NCBI GenBank assembly: GCA_963662665.2
Contig: CAXXJS010000051.1
Coordinates: 1 to 64,000, forward strand
Direction: 5' to 3'
DNA from: Candidatus Latescibacterota bacterium
GTDB lineage: Bacteria > Latescibacterota > UBA2968 > GCA-2709665
DNA: 64,000 nucleotides
Both the position numbers and the translations under genes were made by a program. Below, one piece after another: positions 42,289 to 52,997 of this stretch. Within the stretch, counting starts at the first letter, position 1. Every line of letters begins with the position of its first letter. The notes below the pieces were generated by a model that ran no database searches, was not told the origin of the DNA, and saw nothing but the letters and a program-made list of their open reading frames with translations.

Positions 42289-44237
42289 CCCTCACTCGAA
42301 GTCAGGTCTCGTCCCACCCGCCACCTTTCGCCCGATACGCTGACGGTTATCTCCACGCGGTCATCCCCTGCCCGCACGCCAGCGGGCAGTTCGGCCGAAA
42401 CGACCGGCGGCTCCGTGCCGCGATAGGGAACGATCACCGAGGCAAAAACCGTGGGCGCCTGGCTGTCCAGCGCGAACCGGAACGCCCTGCGCGGCGTACG
42501 GTACCCGTAGTCCCACGCGAACCAGCCGGTCTCTTCGACCACGGTCGCCGAAGCACCGTGGGCCGCCTGCACGACGACATTCGCATCGTCAAATCCCGTG
42601 AACGCACGGTTTCCCCCACCGTTGAACGTGACGTCGCCAGGCGCAAACTGGAAATGCAGGGCCAACTGACCGGGCGCAATGCCTATCGCCTCGTCAAGGA
42701 AAACGAAGAAGCGACGGTCAACGAACCAGACCGAACGACGGTGGATCAGACCGGGATAGGACCCGTTCTCCACCACCAGGACGTCTGAATCAGACCCTTC
42801 GGAGACCCACATCAGATGGCGCGCGTCGTCGGCGATATCCCGGCCGTCCAGCGTCAGGGTCTGATGCACCGAGGTCTGCCGGTGCCAGGCCCGGGCCTCT
42901 TTGTCCCGGCCATACGTGTAGAACCCCGTATCAGGCATCAGCCAGCGTCCGTAGGCGTACAATTCAAACGTCCCGTTATCGGGCTGGTCGTGGCTCGAAA
43001 TCGCGGGCGGAGAACTGTGAAACGCCATGTAGACCTGGTCGGGACCCCAGTCGTTTCGCATCACGCAGAAGCCGGCCTCCGTAAACGCGTGGCTCTTCCG
43101 GTCCGGGAGGGCATCGCGATTCAGATTCGCCCTTGCCGCGTATTTGGGATCGCCCAGCAGTCCGGTCGCCCGGACCAGTTCGTTGTATAACGGCCACCTT
43201 GTCCGATCGTCCGTGGTTTTCAACGGCCGCGAGCCATCCCCGAACATGGGCGGACCCAGGTCCGGCGTTGCGATCCAGAAGATGTAGTCGTACATCTTCC
43301 GCACGCGCTCCAGGAACGATTCCGGAATCTCAATGCCGAACGCGTCCAGGCGGCCGAAGATCTCCACGGCGTCCCTTAAAACACCCTGATGATAGCCGAA
43401 GGACCACTCTCTCTGGACCCCGTCCACCGTTGTCTGTCCCAGGATATTTTCCTCCACGCGCGCCAGCCCCAGTTCCATCCACTCGCGAGCTTCCCGGAAC
43501 TCGCTGAACGTGTAGGCAACGTTGATGAATCCGCGCTGCTCAAACACGGCCTTGTTGTGAATGAGGCCCATCGGAATCAGCTCTGTTTTCGTCTGGTGGT
43601 CGTACAGACTCGCAAGCAGCACGCCGAGGAACTCCGGCGTGAACGCCTCCGCCTGAACCAGGCCGCGAAACGCCGCGCAGATATTCGTCGCCCGGATGCC
43701 CGTCTGCAGGTCCAGCCACGCGAATCCCTTCCAGAATTTGTAAACCGGATGGGTTCTGGCGTGTTTTTCGAGCGGATGTTTCGATATCCAGTCGGTCGCC
43801 AGATCGACGAATGCCCGCGCGTACTTTTCGTCGCGGGTTGCCGCATAGGCGTTGACGAGCGGTGCGGCCCAATAGAAACGATAGAGGACGCATACCCATT
43901 CGATATCACCGGGCGCGTCCCACTCCCAGTCCATATCGTCGCCGTACTGGGCCTCTTCGTACGGCCCCCATTGGAAGATGCGGCGGCAGATCTTGTTCGC
44001 CACTGTATGATCGCCTTTTCCGCGGGTCTCTTCCAGCGGGTATTTCGCACGGTAATAGTCCAGCAGCGCGGCAAGTGCGCCCAACCGGTCACCGGAATCA
44101 AATGCCTGTATTACCTGCTCCATCCCGGTTCCTGTCAGATCCAGTTTTTCGAGAATGTGTTCCGGGTCCATTGACACCAGCGGCATCTCGTGATCGATCT
44201 GATCCGCGCCCGCGGGGCGCTCCACAACGTAAGTCAT
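42276..44237 (-). CDS. Heparinase II/III-like polysaccharide lyase
   Basis: DGVQREWSFGYH, HDQPDNGTFEL, DTGFYTY, HQTLTLDG. Confidence 0.82.
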   Translation of the reverse strand: MTYVVERPAGADQIDHEMPLVSMDPEHILEKLDLTGTGMEQVIQAFDSGDRLGALAALLDYYRAKYPLEETRGKGDHTVANKICRRIFQWGPYEEAQYGDDMDWEWDAPGDIEWVCVLYRFYWAAPLVNAYAATRDEKYARAFVDLATDWISKHPLEKHARTHPVYKFWKGFAWLDLQTGIRATNICAAFRGLVQAEAFTPEFLGVLLASLYDHQTKTELIPMGLIHNKAVFEQRGFINVAYTFSEFREAREWMELGLARVEENILGQTTVDGVQREWSFGYHQGVLRDAVEIFGRLDAFGIEIPESFLERVRKMYDYIFWIATPDLGPPMFGDGSRPLKTTDDRTRWPLYNELVRATGLLGDPKYAARANLNRDALPDRKSHAFTEAGFCVMRNDWGPDQVYMAFHSSPPAISSHDQPDNGTFELYAYGRWLMPDTGFYTYGRDKEARAWHRQTSVHQTLTLDGRDIADDARHLMWVSEGSDSDVLVVENGSYPGLIHRRSVWFVDRRFFVFLDEAIGIAPGQLALHFQFAPGDVTFNGGGNRAFTGFDDANVVVQAAHGASATVVEETGWFAWDYGYRTPRRAFRFALDSQAPTVFASVIVPYRGTEPPVVSAELPAGVRAGDDRVEITVSVSGERWRVGRDLTSSEGWAV

Positions 44238-44485
44238 TTCTCTTCCCTCGATGACGGGTTGTCATTCCGGTGAATCCGACCAACAGCTTATCGGCCCCTC
44301 CAAAACGCACCTAAATTACGTTCCGGTCGATGCGTTGGCAATACAATTGTTGGTGATTTTACAGGACCTGGGAACATGGATGCACGGGATGGGCAGGATG
44401 AAAACCGGACACCGCAGCTACGCATGTGTATATTTGAAAGTAGTACTTGCAGATATGCTGTTATTTCAGTAATTTGGCAATCCTT

Positions 44486-45670
44486 ATGATTCCTCGCGAA
44501 ATCACAGACCGACTGGTCGGGCTATTCAAGCAGTATCCCTTTGTTACTGTGACGGGACCGCGGCAGTCCGGCAAGACGACGCTCTGTCGCGCCGCGTTTC
44601 CCCATCTCGAATACGTCAACCTGGAAGCGCCCGATCAGCGCCTGTACGCCGAAACCGACCCGCGCGGTTTTCTTTCACAGCACGGTGATGGCGTCATCCT
44701 GGACGAGATCCAGCGGGTCCCGCAACTCCTTTCCTACCTCCAGGTCCTGGCTGACGAAAATGGCGGAAACAGTCTGTACGTCCTCACGGGCAGCGAGCAG
44801 TTCCGGCTCTCGAATTCCATCAGCCAGTCCCTGGCGGGACGTACGGCGCTGCTGTGTCTTCTGCCGTTCACCCTGGACGAACGCAGACGCGCGGGCGGCA
44901 GCGACCGGGTCGATGACATCCTGTACTCCGGGTTTTATCCGCGAATCCACGACCAGAAACTGGATCCACGGCAGGCGCTGGGCGATTATTTCGAAACATA
45001 CGTCGAGCGAGACGTGCGCCGCCTTGGCGAGATCCGCAACCTCACCAGTTTTCGTCAATTCGCGCGCCTGTGCGCCGGGCGCGTGGGACAGTTGCTGAAC
45101 GTCTCCTCGTTAGGCGCCGACGCGGGCGTTTCCCATACCACGGCGCGGGAATGGCTGTCAATTCTGGAAGCCAGCTTTGTTGTCTTTCAACTTCCGCCTT
45201 TCCACGCGAATATTCGCAAGCGCCTGGTAAAATCGCCCAAACTCTACTTTTTCGACGTGGGATTGGCGAGTTATCTGATCGGAATCGAACATGCCGATCA
45301 GATTGCAACCCACCCGTTGCGCGGCGCGCTGTTCGAGAATGCCGTTGTCGCCGAGGCTACAAAGTACCTGTTCAATCGCGGCCGCCGGTCCAACCTGTCC
45401 TTTTTCCGCGATACACGCGGCCTCGAGTGCGACCTTCTCTATGAAATGGGGAATCGGACTGGCGCTATCGAGATCAAATCAGGCGCCACTGTCGCATCCG
45501 ATTACTTCGATGCGCTGAACCGGATCGCAAGGCTCCTGCCGCAGGTCTCGGACAGGGGACTGGTCTATGGGGGCACGTTTCGTCAGGCCCGGCATGACGT
45601 TGACGTGGTGACGCTGAACGACGTCGGCGACCTGCTCCAGCGGTTCGACAGCAACGATAAAGACTTATAG
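44486..45670 (+). CDS. AAA_14 ATPase with DUF4143 domain
   Basis: GPRQSGKTT, LDEIQ, SLAGR, TYVERD, KSPKLYFFDVG, ECD...IEIK. Confidence 0.9.
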   Translation: MIPREITDRLVGLFKQYPFVTVTGPRQSGKTTLCRAAFPHLEYVNLEAPDQRLYAETDPRGFLSQHGDGVILDEIQRVPQLLSYLQVLADENGGNSLYVLTGSEQFRLSNSISQSLAGRTALLCLLPFTLDERRRAGGSDRVDDILYSGFYPRIHDQKLDPRQALGDYFETYVERDVRRLGEIRNLTSFRQFARLCAGRVGQLLNVSSLGADAGVSHTTAREWLSILEASFVVFQLPPFHANIRKRLVKSPKLYFFDVGLASYLIGIEHADQIATHPLRGALFENAVVAEATKYLFNRGRRSNLSFFRDTRGLECDLLYEMGNRTGAIEIKSGATVASDYFDALNRIARLLPQVSDRGLVYGGTFRQARHDVDVVTLNDVGDLLQRFDSNDKDL

Positions 45671-45697
45671 ATAACTTTTAAACAAGGATTTTCGCCC

Positions 45698-46687
45698 ATG
45701 GACTCGATTCGTTTGGGGCTGATTGGATCGGGCGGTATGGCGCACAGCCGGGCGCGGGCTTTCGAAGATAAGGATGGATGCAGGCTGACCGCGCTGGCCG
45801 CCCGGAACCCGCAAACGGGCGCGGAACTGGCCCGTCAATACGATCTTCCGCTGCTGGGAGGCTGGCAGGACCTGATCGGCCGTTCCGACGTGGACGCCGT
45901 GGTGGTCTGCACCAACAACGACAGCCATGGGCCCATTGCACGGGCCTCCCTGGAGGCCGGCAAACCCGTCTTTCTGGAATATCCCGTCGCGCGTCACACA
46001 GACGAAGGGACCGCCCTGGTCGAGCTGGCGCGTTCAACCGGCACGGTGCTGCGCGTGGCCCATCCGGAGGTCGTGTCCGGCGCTCACCGGCAACTCAAAG
46101 AGGCCGTCGGTTCGCTGGGTGGCCTGCTACTGGCGCTGTTCGTGCGGCTGACGCCTGGGCGAGGTGCGCGGCCGGAGGTGTTGTTCAACATCCACGCGTC
46201 GGGGCCGCCGAGCCTCTTCTTCGTCTACCAGGTCTACCCGCTGGTTGACCTCTTCGGCCCCGCGTCCTGGGTGGAAGGGTACGCCTACTATGACGGAATG
46301 GACAACGCAGGAACGTACAAGCGCTTCGTCAATCGCGTCGCCGTTGGATTCGCACGGGGAGGGTCGGCCGAATGGACCTGGGCGGGCGGAATTCCAATAG
46401 GCAATGCCGAACAACACCAGCGGATGGTTATGGATAGAGGAACGCTGGTTCACGGCGATGGCGGCTGGCGGGTTTCATCTGCCGACGGCAAGGAAACGCC
46501 ACTGCCGTCGACCGGACGAGAGATATCGCTGGAAGGCCTTTTTTTTGAGGAAATTCGCGGCGACAGGCATGATTGGCGATCGGACCTGGATACAGCCCTC
46601 GAGGCCGTTCGCATCGGGCTGGGCGCCGAGGAGGCGGCAAACCGTGGCGGGCGGGTGCATCTGAGGGACGGCGGAACCAACCCGTGA
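45698..46687 (+). CDS. Gfo/Idh/MocA family oxidoreductase
   Basis: LGLIGSGGMA Rossmann motif, VDAVVVCT, GKPVFLEYP. Confidence 0.88.
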   Translation: MDSIRLGLIGSGGMAHSRARAFEDKDGCRLTALAARNPQTGAELARQYDLPLLGGWQDLIGRSDVDAVVVCTNNDSHGPIARASLEAGKPVFLEYPVARHTDEGTALVELARSTGTVLRVAHPEVVSGAHRQLKEAVGSLGGLLLALFVRLTPGRGARPEVLFNIHASGPPSLFFVYQVYPLVDLFGPASWVEGYAYYDGMDNAGTYKRFVNRVAVGFARGGSAEWTWAGGIPIGNAEQHQRMVMDRGTLVHGDGGWRVSSADGKETPLPSTGREISLEGLFFEEIRGDRHDWRSDLDTALEAVRIGLGAEEAANRGGRVHLRDGGTNP

Positions 46688-46761
46688 GGACTTACGCTCC
46701 TGCGGAACCGCTGGCGTGTTCGTCCCGCGGCCCGAAGGCGGCGGCTGAACGGAGACCCAGA

Positions 46762-49503
46762 ATGAACCTGGACAGACACGCAGTCCACATCGGACAGAAT
46801 ATTGGAGAGGGCGCGAGGCTCGCAACGGTTCTCGTCGCGGTCGCCCTTGTGTCCTTTCCGAGCCGGGCCGACGCCGGCACCTTCTCATTCGCCCTCATCG
46901 GCGACGTGCCCTACGCGGATGCCGACAGCATCCGGTTCGCAAGGGTGACCGACCGGATCAACGCGGAACGCGATGTTCAATGGGTCATCCACGCGGGCGA
47001 CATCAAGCGCGGTGGACAGCCCTGTACGGACGCGGTTCTGGAAGAGCGCCTGGAGAGATTCAGCCGTTTCGAGCGTCCATTCATCCTTACGCCGGGCGAC
47101 AACGACTGGACGGATTGTCATCGGAAGATCGCTGGCCGTTTCGATCCGCTCGAGCGCCTTCAGAAGCTGCGGTCCCTGTTCTATCCCCGCGTCGGGATGA
47201 CGCTCGGGAATCGGCCCATGCGGGTTGAATCCCAGGCGTCGGTGCCCGAATTCAGCGAGTTTCTCGAAAATGTCCGCTGGGAGCGGGACGGGGTACATTT
47301 CGCGACCATTCACATCGTGGGGAGCAGAAACGGTCTGCCAGCCTTTCAGCGCCGCGACTCGACCGAAGTTGGCGCGGTCCCGATGAGGACGGAACGGCAC
47401 GACGCGGCGGTGGAGCGGCGCACCGATGCGGGAATCGCATGGCTTCGACAGGCCTTTGCCGCGGCGGGTGAATCGGGCAAAGGACTTTTTCTTACCCTTC
47501 ACGCGTCGATGGGCCTGGAGCAAAAGCCGGCGCCGGACCCGCCCCACTTCCAGGCCCTCCTCGACGTGTTGCGCGAGGAAACAGAGCGATTCGGCCGGCC
47601 CGTTGTCCTCGCGCACGGCGACTCGCACTATTTCCGGATCGACAAGCCGCTTCGACGCAGGGGGGGCGGACGACGCCTCTCGAATTTCACCCGCGTGGAG
47701 ACGTTCGGCGCTGCGGACGTGCACTGGATCGAGGTCACGGTGGACCCCGCCAGCGAGAACGTGTTCAGCTTTGAACAGAGAATCGTGAAGGAAGAACGGA
47801 TGAACGGAAAACAAAGCAAATTGACGGAAAGGACCGGAATGACCGCCGAAAAATCCGGCGAAACGGAACGAACGCCGCAGGACATCATCGACGCCATGCA
47901 CCGCCCGTCCTGGTGTGTCAACACGGACGAGGGACGCCTGTATTGGAAACTGATCGGCGCCGCAATCCGAAACGACGCCGATGCCCTGCGTGAACACCTG
48001 CGCGCGGAACCGGACTGCGCCAGACTGCAGTTCTGGTATACGTCCCCGATTCACTTCGCGGTGCGGGAGGGCAATCTGGACGCGACGAGAGTGCTGTGGG
48101 AAGCCTACGCGCACGACGAGGTGGCCGATCTGATTGCCATGGCCGACGATCGCGGTCACACGTCTGTCGCGGATTATTTGCGGAAAGCCGTTGGGGCCGC
48201 GACGGGCGCATCGGAGCCGCGGCTCCATGCGGCGGTGAAATCCGGAGACTACGCGGAGATCGAACGGTTGCTTGAAGATTCGGACGGGACCGCAAAAGAG
48301 CGGGACGCAGAAGGCAGGACGGCGCTCCACGTTGCCGTCATCGAGCGGGACGAGGCAGCGGTCAGGCTACTTCTCAAGAGCAATATCAAGGTCGACGCGA
48401 CCGACCATGCCGGTTTTCGCGCCGTCCACTACACCCGCTGGCGCGATCTGATGTGGCACCGGCCGAAGGGGAACCCGAAACTGGCGGAACTGCTTCTCCA
48501 AGCAGGCTCACGCGACACCCCCACGCTGGCTGCCGCGAGGGGCGACCTGAATGCCGTACGGGCATTTGTCGCCGCGGACCCGGCGGCCGTGAATGACGGA
48601 GAAAAACTTCAGAAGCGGCCCCTGTCGGCCGCCGTGGAGGGAGGGCACCGGGAAATTGTCCGCTTTCTCCTGGACAACGGCGCGGACCCCGGTCTGCCGG
48701 AGAGTCGCCTTTGCCCCTACGGGTCGTCGCTGATGACTGCCACGGTGGAAGACAACCTGGAAGTTGCGACCTGGCTGCTGGAAGCGGGGGCCGATCCGAA
48801 CGGGCACGTGGACTCCTCGGGGTCCCCCTCGATCCGCGCCCGTTCGGATGCCATGCGGGGGCTGCTCTACGGTTACGGCGGACGCGCATCCGGGGCGTGG
48901 GGCTACGTTCAGCGCGGTGAACTCGAAACTCTGGCTGCTGTTCTGAGATACACCGACGATCCTTTTTCCAACGAGGAGAGCGAGTACCTGACCACGCCCT
49001 ACACGGCCGTAATCAGCGGCTGCGGGCGGATGGAGGAACGGGGAGAATCCACGGACGCCCACGAGGCGATGTTCAATATGTTCCTGCAGCGCAAACACCC
49101 GATGCCCCTCGTGCTGACCGCGTGCAAGACCTACCTCTACCACGTGCCGCGAATGACGCGCCGGCTCCTCGAACACGGTCTGGATCCGGACCTTCCCGAC
49201 TGGATGCGGCGGACCCCGTTGCACGACCTGTGCCGCGGCAACCGGGCCGTGTCCGACCACGCCGGGATGGTGCGCATGTTCCTCGAATTCGGCGCCGACA
49301 TCAACGCGATCGACGAGGAAGACCGGTCAACACCCCTGGGTATCGCCGCACGCGAAGGCAACGCGGAACTGGTCGGGCTGCTCCTGGAGCGAGGCGCCGA
49401 CCCCAACGCGGCGGGCGCCGAATGGGCCGCGCCACTGGCATGGGCGAGACGCCGCGGGCACGAAGATGTCGCAAAGATGCTTCAGGATCGAGGCGCCCGG
49501 TAG
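46762..49503 (+). CDS. Secreted-type metallophosphoesterase in frame with a large ankyrin repeat protein
   Basis: IGDVPY, HAGDIK, PGDNDW, HGDSH, then ankyrin repeats; internal AAGGA RBS and ATG at 47839. Confidence 0.75.
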   Translation: MNLDRHAVHIGQNIGEGARLATVLVAVALVSFPSRADAGTFSFALIGDVPYADADSIRFARVTDRINAERDVQWVIHAGDIKRGGQPCTDAVLEERLERFSRFERPFILTPGDNDWTDCHRKIAGRFDPLERLQKLRSLFYPRVGMTLGNRPMRVESQASVPEFSEFLENVRWERDGVHFATIHIVGSRNGLPAFQRRDSTEVGAVPMRTERHDAAVERRTDAGIAWLRQAFAAAGESGKGLFLTLHASMGLEQKPAPDPPHFQALLDVLREETERFGRPVVLAHGDSHYFRIDKPLRRRGGGRRLSNFTRVETFGAADVHWIEVTVDPASENVFSFEQRIVKEERMNGKQSKLTERTGMTAEKSGETERTPQDIIDAMHRPSWCVNTDEGRLYWKLIGAAIRNDADALREHLRAEPDCARLQFWYTSPIHFAVREGNLDATRVLWEAYAHDEVADLIAMADDRGHTSVADYLRKAVGAATGASEPRLHAAVKSGDYAEIERLLEDSDGTAKERDAEGRTALHVAVIERDEAAVRLLLKSNIKVDATDHAGFRAVHYTRWRDLMWHRPKGNPKLAELLLQAGSRDTPTLAAARGDLNAVRAFVAADPAAVNDGEKLQKRPLSAAVEGGHREIVRFLLDNGADPGLPESRLCPYGSSLMTATVEDNLEVATWLLEAGADPNGHVDSSGSPSIRARSDAMRGLLYGYGGRASGAWGYVQRGELETLAAVLRYTDDPFSNEESEYLTTPYTAVISGCGRMEERGESTDAHEAMFNMFLQRKHPMPLVLTACKTYLYHVPRMTRRLLEHGLDPDLPDWMRRTPLHDLCRGNRAVSDHAGMVRMFLEFGADINAIDEEDRSTPLGIAAREGNAELVGLLLERGADPNAAGAEWAAPLAWARRRGHEDVAKMLQDRGAR

Positions 49504-49538
49504 ACAGAATCCTCGTCGCGAACGGGAGTAATTGACAG

Positions 49539-50105
49539 ATGGCACGCGAGACGGAAACACATCCTCGATTCCTGGCGCTCCTCCGGGGCATTAACGTCGG
49601 CGGGAAGAATATCGTCCCGAAAGACCCGCTCCGCGAGTGCTTCGAAGACATGGGATTTCGCAGCGTCCGCACCTACATTCAGAGCGGTAACATCCTGTTC
49701 CGGTCTGCCGAAACCGACGCCTTGGCGCTGACGGGAAAGATCGAACGCGCCCTTTCTGACCGATTCTCGTACCATGCCCGCGCCGTCGTCCTGTCCCGGA
49801 GCGCATTCCGGCTGGCGGTTGACGCCGCCCCGGAGAAATGGGGAGAAGACGATGCGTATATGCACCATGCGCTCTTCACGCTGGCCGAAACCACGCCGAA
49901 ACACGTTCTCTCCAGACTCCGTGCGCCGAAACCGGAGTTCGAGACGGTCACCGCCGGGCCCGGCGTGATCTACTGGTCGATATCCCGGTCCCGCCCGACC
50001 CGCTCCACGTGGGTAAGGCTGCCGGCCTCACAGGAATATCAGAAGCTCACCGCCCGAAATCACAACACGGTATTCAGACTGACACAACTGTTTGAGGAGA
50101 TATAG
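49539..50105 (+). CDS. DUF1697 family protein
   Basis: LALLRGINVGGKN, VRTYIQSGN, TARNHNT. Confidence 0.88.
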   Translation: MARETETHPRFLALLRGINVGGKNIVPKDPLRECFEDMGFRSVRTYIQSGNILFRSAETDALALTGKIERALSDRFSYHARAVVLSRSAFRLAVDAAPEKWGEDDAYMHHALFTLAETTPKHVLSRLRAPKPEFETVTAGPGVIYWSISRSRPTRSTWVRLPASQEYQKLTARNHNTVFRLTQLFEEI

Positions 50106-50458
50106 TGTTCTGTCCCGGAAATAGGTTGCCAAAATTCGGGCGTCGGAAGGCAGCAAAAACAGCTATTGGCTTTCGGCAGTCAGCTTAAATTAAGACAAAC
50201 AGCAAAAAGCAAACGGCGGAACCACCACGAATCCGTCAGATTGATCTCCCTGAAATTCCTTTCGCCCGTGCGGTTGGGGGGATGGGGGAGATTTTAAAAG
50301 TGAAAGTTGGTGAAAAATTGAAGCCCGTGTCCTCCTCGAACGCAGTTCCAATCAGCCGAAATAGATGAGCGCATTGACGTTAGCGCAAGACACCGCAGCG
50401 AGACGGGATGAATCGGCGGGCGAATGGTGAGATATTTATGGGGCAGGACACTGAGCGA

Positions 50459-50788
50459 ATGGCGGGCGACGAGGAACTCGTCAGCCGGATAAGGACGATC
50501 CTTGCCGACGAGGACGGATTCTCGGAGAAAAGGATGTTTGGCGGGGTCTGCTTCATGATCCACGGCAACATGTGCGTGGGCACGTGGAAGGGGTCCCTGA
50601 TTGTCCGACTCAACAGAGCGCGCCATGAGCAGACGCTTGCCGAGCCGCACACAAGGCCGTTCGACGTCACGGGCCGCGTCATGAAGGGATGGGCGCTGGT
50701 TGAGCCGCCCGCAATCGAACTGGACGATGACCTGATGGAATGGGTGTACAGAGCGGTCGACTACGTCGGATCGCTACCGCCCAAATGA
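50459..50788 (+). CDS. TfoX/Sxy N-terminal domain protein
   Basis: EKRMFGGVCFMIHGNMCVG, MKGWALV, SLPPK. Confidence 0.85.
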   Translation: MAGDEELVSRIRTILADEDGFSEKRMFGGVCFMIHGNMCVGTWKGSLIVRLNRARHEQTLAEPHTRPFDVTGRVMKGWALVEPPAIELDDDLMEWVYRAVDYVGSLPPK

Positions 50789-50827
50789 GGGTGGGACGTC
50801 CATTGGAACCGCGCCAGGGTTGTAACC

Positions 50828-51145
50828 CTACTTTATTGGCGAGAAGGAGGTTGGGATGAGGACGTCGGAGATTACCTCGTCTACGATGGGACCGTTGGCT
50901 TCGGTCCGTTCCCGCGCCTCGATCCATTCGGGGTCTGCGCGGAAAGCATCCCACGCGGTTTTCATAGCCTCATCGCTTTCAAATTCGCAAATGTAGATCA
51001 GGTCATTGGCATCCTTTCGCGTCCAGAATCCGACAACTGTAATGCCGTGCCTGTCGAAGAGACCGAACGTAACGGTTTCAAACCGGTTGAGGATGTCCGG
51101 CATCCGGCCATCGGGGACTCTGTAGGTGCGGTGTTCGTAAATCAT
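50828..51145 (-). CDS. NIPSNAP family protein
   Basis: MIYEHRTY, AWDAFRADPEW, PTSFSP. Confidence 0.88.
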   Translation of the reverse strand: MIYEHRTYRVPDGRMPDILNRFETVTFGLFDRHGITVVGFWTRKDANDLIYICEFESDEAMKTAWDAFRADPEWIEARERTEANGPIVDEVISDVLIPTSFSPIK

Positions 51146-51326
51146 CGGAACGCTCCCTGGTGTGTAGGACCCTGAATCGATCCTGTATGGAATGAAATTC
51201 GCTACGGCCTGCCATGGTAACAAGAATTCAGCCGGATGGAAAGAGCCGCCCCGCCCGGCCGGCGCGCATATGAACGCGTATAACGGAACGTTGAGCATGC
51301 GTGCTTCTTCCGTCTGAGATCGATCG

Positions 51327-52904
51327 ATGCCAGGACGACGTTGCAACTGGACATTGACCGATTGTCAACCTGTCCGGGAGGATTCCGGGAACGTGAGAAC
51401 AGACAAACGCGGTGGCATCTGCTTCCGGGTAGACGACAACAAACCGATTCAGCAATGGATTGAGTTCGCGGAGGTCTTCAACCGGTACGGGTTCAAGTTT
51501 TGCGCTGCATTGTGTCCGGGGAGAATGGCCGGCGACGAAGCCTATACGGCACTGGTTCGGTCATTGCAGGGTCGGGGCCACGAAATCATGGACCACACGC
51601 CCCTTCACAGCGTGGACAAGCTCCCGCTCCCTCACGGCGCCGATGCGGATGCCTGGCGCACGATGCCGGGCGTCGACCACGTGGATGCAACGCGTGTCTA
51701 TCTGACCTATGACGCGATAGATACGAAATTGCTTCCGGAATATCGTGCTGATATTTCGGGCAATGTGATGACAGGACGGACGCCTCAGGTTCTGAACGAC
51801 CCCAACCAGACGAGATTCATCGCCGTCTACCTTCCCGCTACAGGCCGTGTGTTTCGGTTCAGGCAGATCGAACATTCGGGCGACGCCACGTTGGCGTTGC
51901 GCAGTTTCTGGGACGAAGACAACGTTGATCTGGGTGAACTGCGGGACGTGGTCTGCCACAAGCTGAGCAAAGCCGACGTCCGGATGACGTTGGCCGCTCG
52001 CAGGCTATTGGCCGAATCGTCCCTCAATCTGTTTGACGAGATTGGTCTGGAACGTCCCCTGACGTGGATACAGCCGGGCTCGGGAGGGTGTTCCGACTTC
52101 TGGCGTGAAGACGTCAAAGTGTGTTTTGGAGACCTGTATGGCTACGTGGCCGCGGCAACCTACCCCGACCGGTCTCTGAAGTGTTACAACGAGGATGATC
52201 CCGATGGAGACAAGTGCTTCGGTATGCAGTGGGGCGACTTCGACGACGAGGCTAAGGATCTGGATTGGAACCTGAAACGAATTGCGGACGGGATCGCCGG
52301 GCGTCGCGTGCTTATCGGCCACAGCCACTTCTGGGAACACGCCATGCCGGACGGTTGGGGCGGTTATCTCGAGCGGGTCGACCGGATTCTGTCCTGGTGC
52401 AAGGACTACCGGGTGCCGGTCAGGACCTATTCGGAGTGGGCGGAAGACCTTTATCGATCGAGACCGGACCCGCACGTGAACGTGTTTCCCGAATTGAATG
52501 TCGATCTGAATGCAGACGGCGTGCCGGATGGATACGACATGCTGTCCGCAGAGCTGGTCCAACGCGGCGGCGGGCCCATTGCCAACGATGTGTTCCTGTC
52601 GGTACGGAATGCCGGGACAATCTGCAAAGTGGATAGACTGGGTGGTCTGGAAAAGGGCGCAATTGCCTTCTCGTTCCGGACACGCGGGCATCCAGGCGGT
52701 TCGATTGAGGCAGACTTCACTTTCTTCGAAGTTGAGACCACGGAGAAACTCACGTTTTCCGTGGGAAGTTCCGAATGGACAGAACGACGCGCGACGGTGA
52801 CGGTGCCCACCGGAGTTTCTCTGGTGAACGTCTCAATTGAATGCACGCGAACTGGAGGCAACACCCTGGAGATCGGCGGGATGCGTTTGCAAGCGCACAA
52901 TTGA
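51327..52904 (+). CDS. Polysaccharide deacetylase-like protein with a possible C-terminal carbohydrate-binding domain
   Basis: FRVDD and GHEIMDHTPLH NodB-like motifs; beta-rich C-terminus; start uncertain. Confidence 0.6.
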   Translation: MPGRRCNWTLTDCQPVREDSGNVRTDKRGGICFRVDDNKPIQQWIEFAEVFNRYGFKFCAALCPGRMAGDEAYTALVRSLQGRGHEIMDHTPLHSVDKLPLPHGADADAWRTMPGVDHVDATRVYLTYDAIDTKLLPEYRADISGNVMTGRTPQVLNDPNQTRFIAVYLPATGRVFRFRQIEHSGDATLALRSFWDEDNVDLGELRDVVCHKLSKADVRMTLAARRLLAESSLNLFDEIGLERPLTWIQPGSGGCSDFWREDVKVCFGDLYGYVAAATYPDRSLKCYNEDDPDGDKCFGMQWGDFDDEAKDLDWNLKRIADGIAGRRVLIGHSHFWEHAMPDGWGGYLERVDRILSWCKDYRVPVRTYSEWAEDLYRSRPDPHVNVFPELNVDLNADGVPDGYDMLSAELVQRGGGPIANDVFLSVRNAGTICKVDRLGGLEKGAIAFSFRTRGHPGGSIEADFTFFEVETTEKLTFSVGSSEWTERRATVTVPTGVSLVNVSIECTRTGGNTLEIGGMRLQAHN

Positions 52905-52997
52905 GAATCCGGTCCTCCGCGGAATAATGCAGTACGGCCCCAACCCCCATTCCGGCGGCCGTGCCCATCCATTTCTACCAACGAAAAGGAACGATTG

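Noticed and set aside
50106-50290. Possible IS end remnant (TGTTCTGTCCCGGAAATAGG)
   Set aside because: No partner IR or transposase in the window, so it cannot be supported without a search
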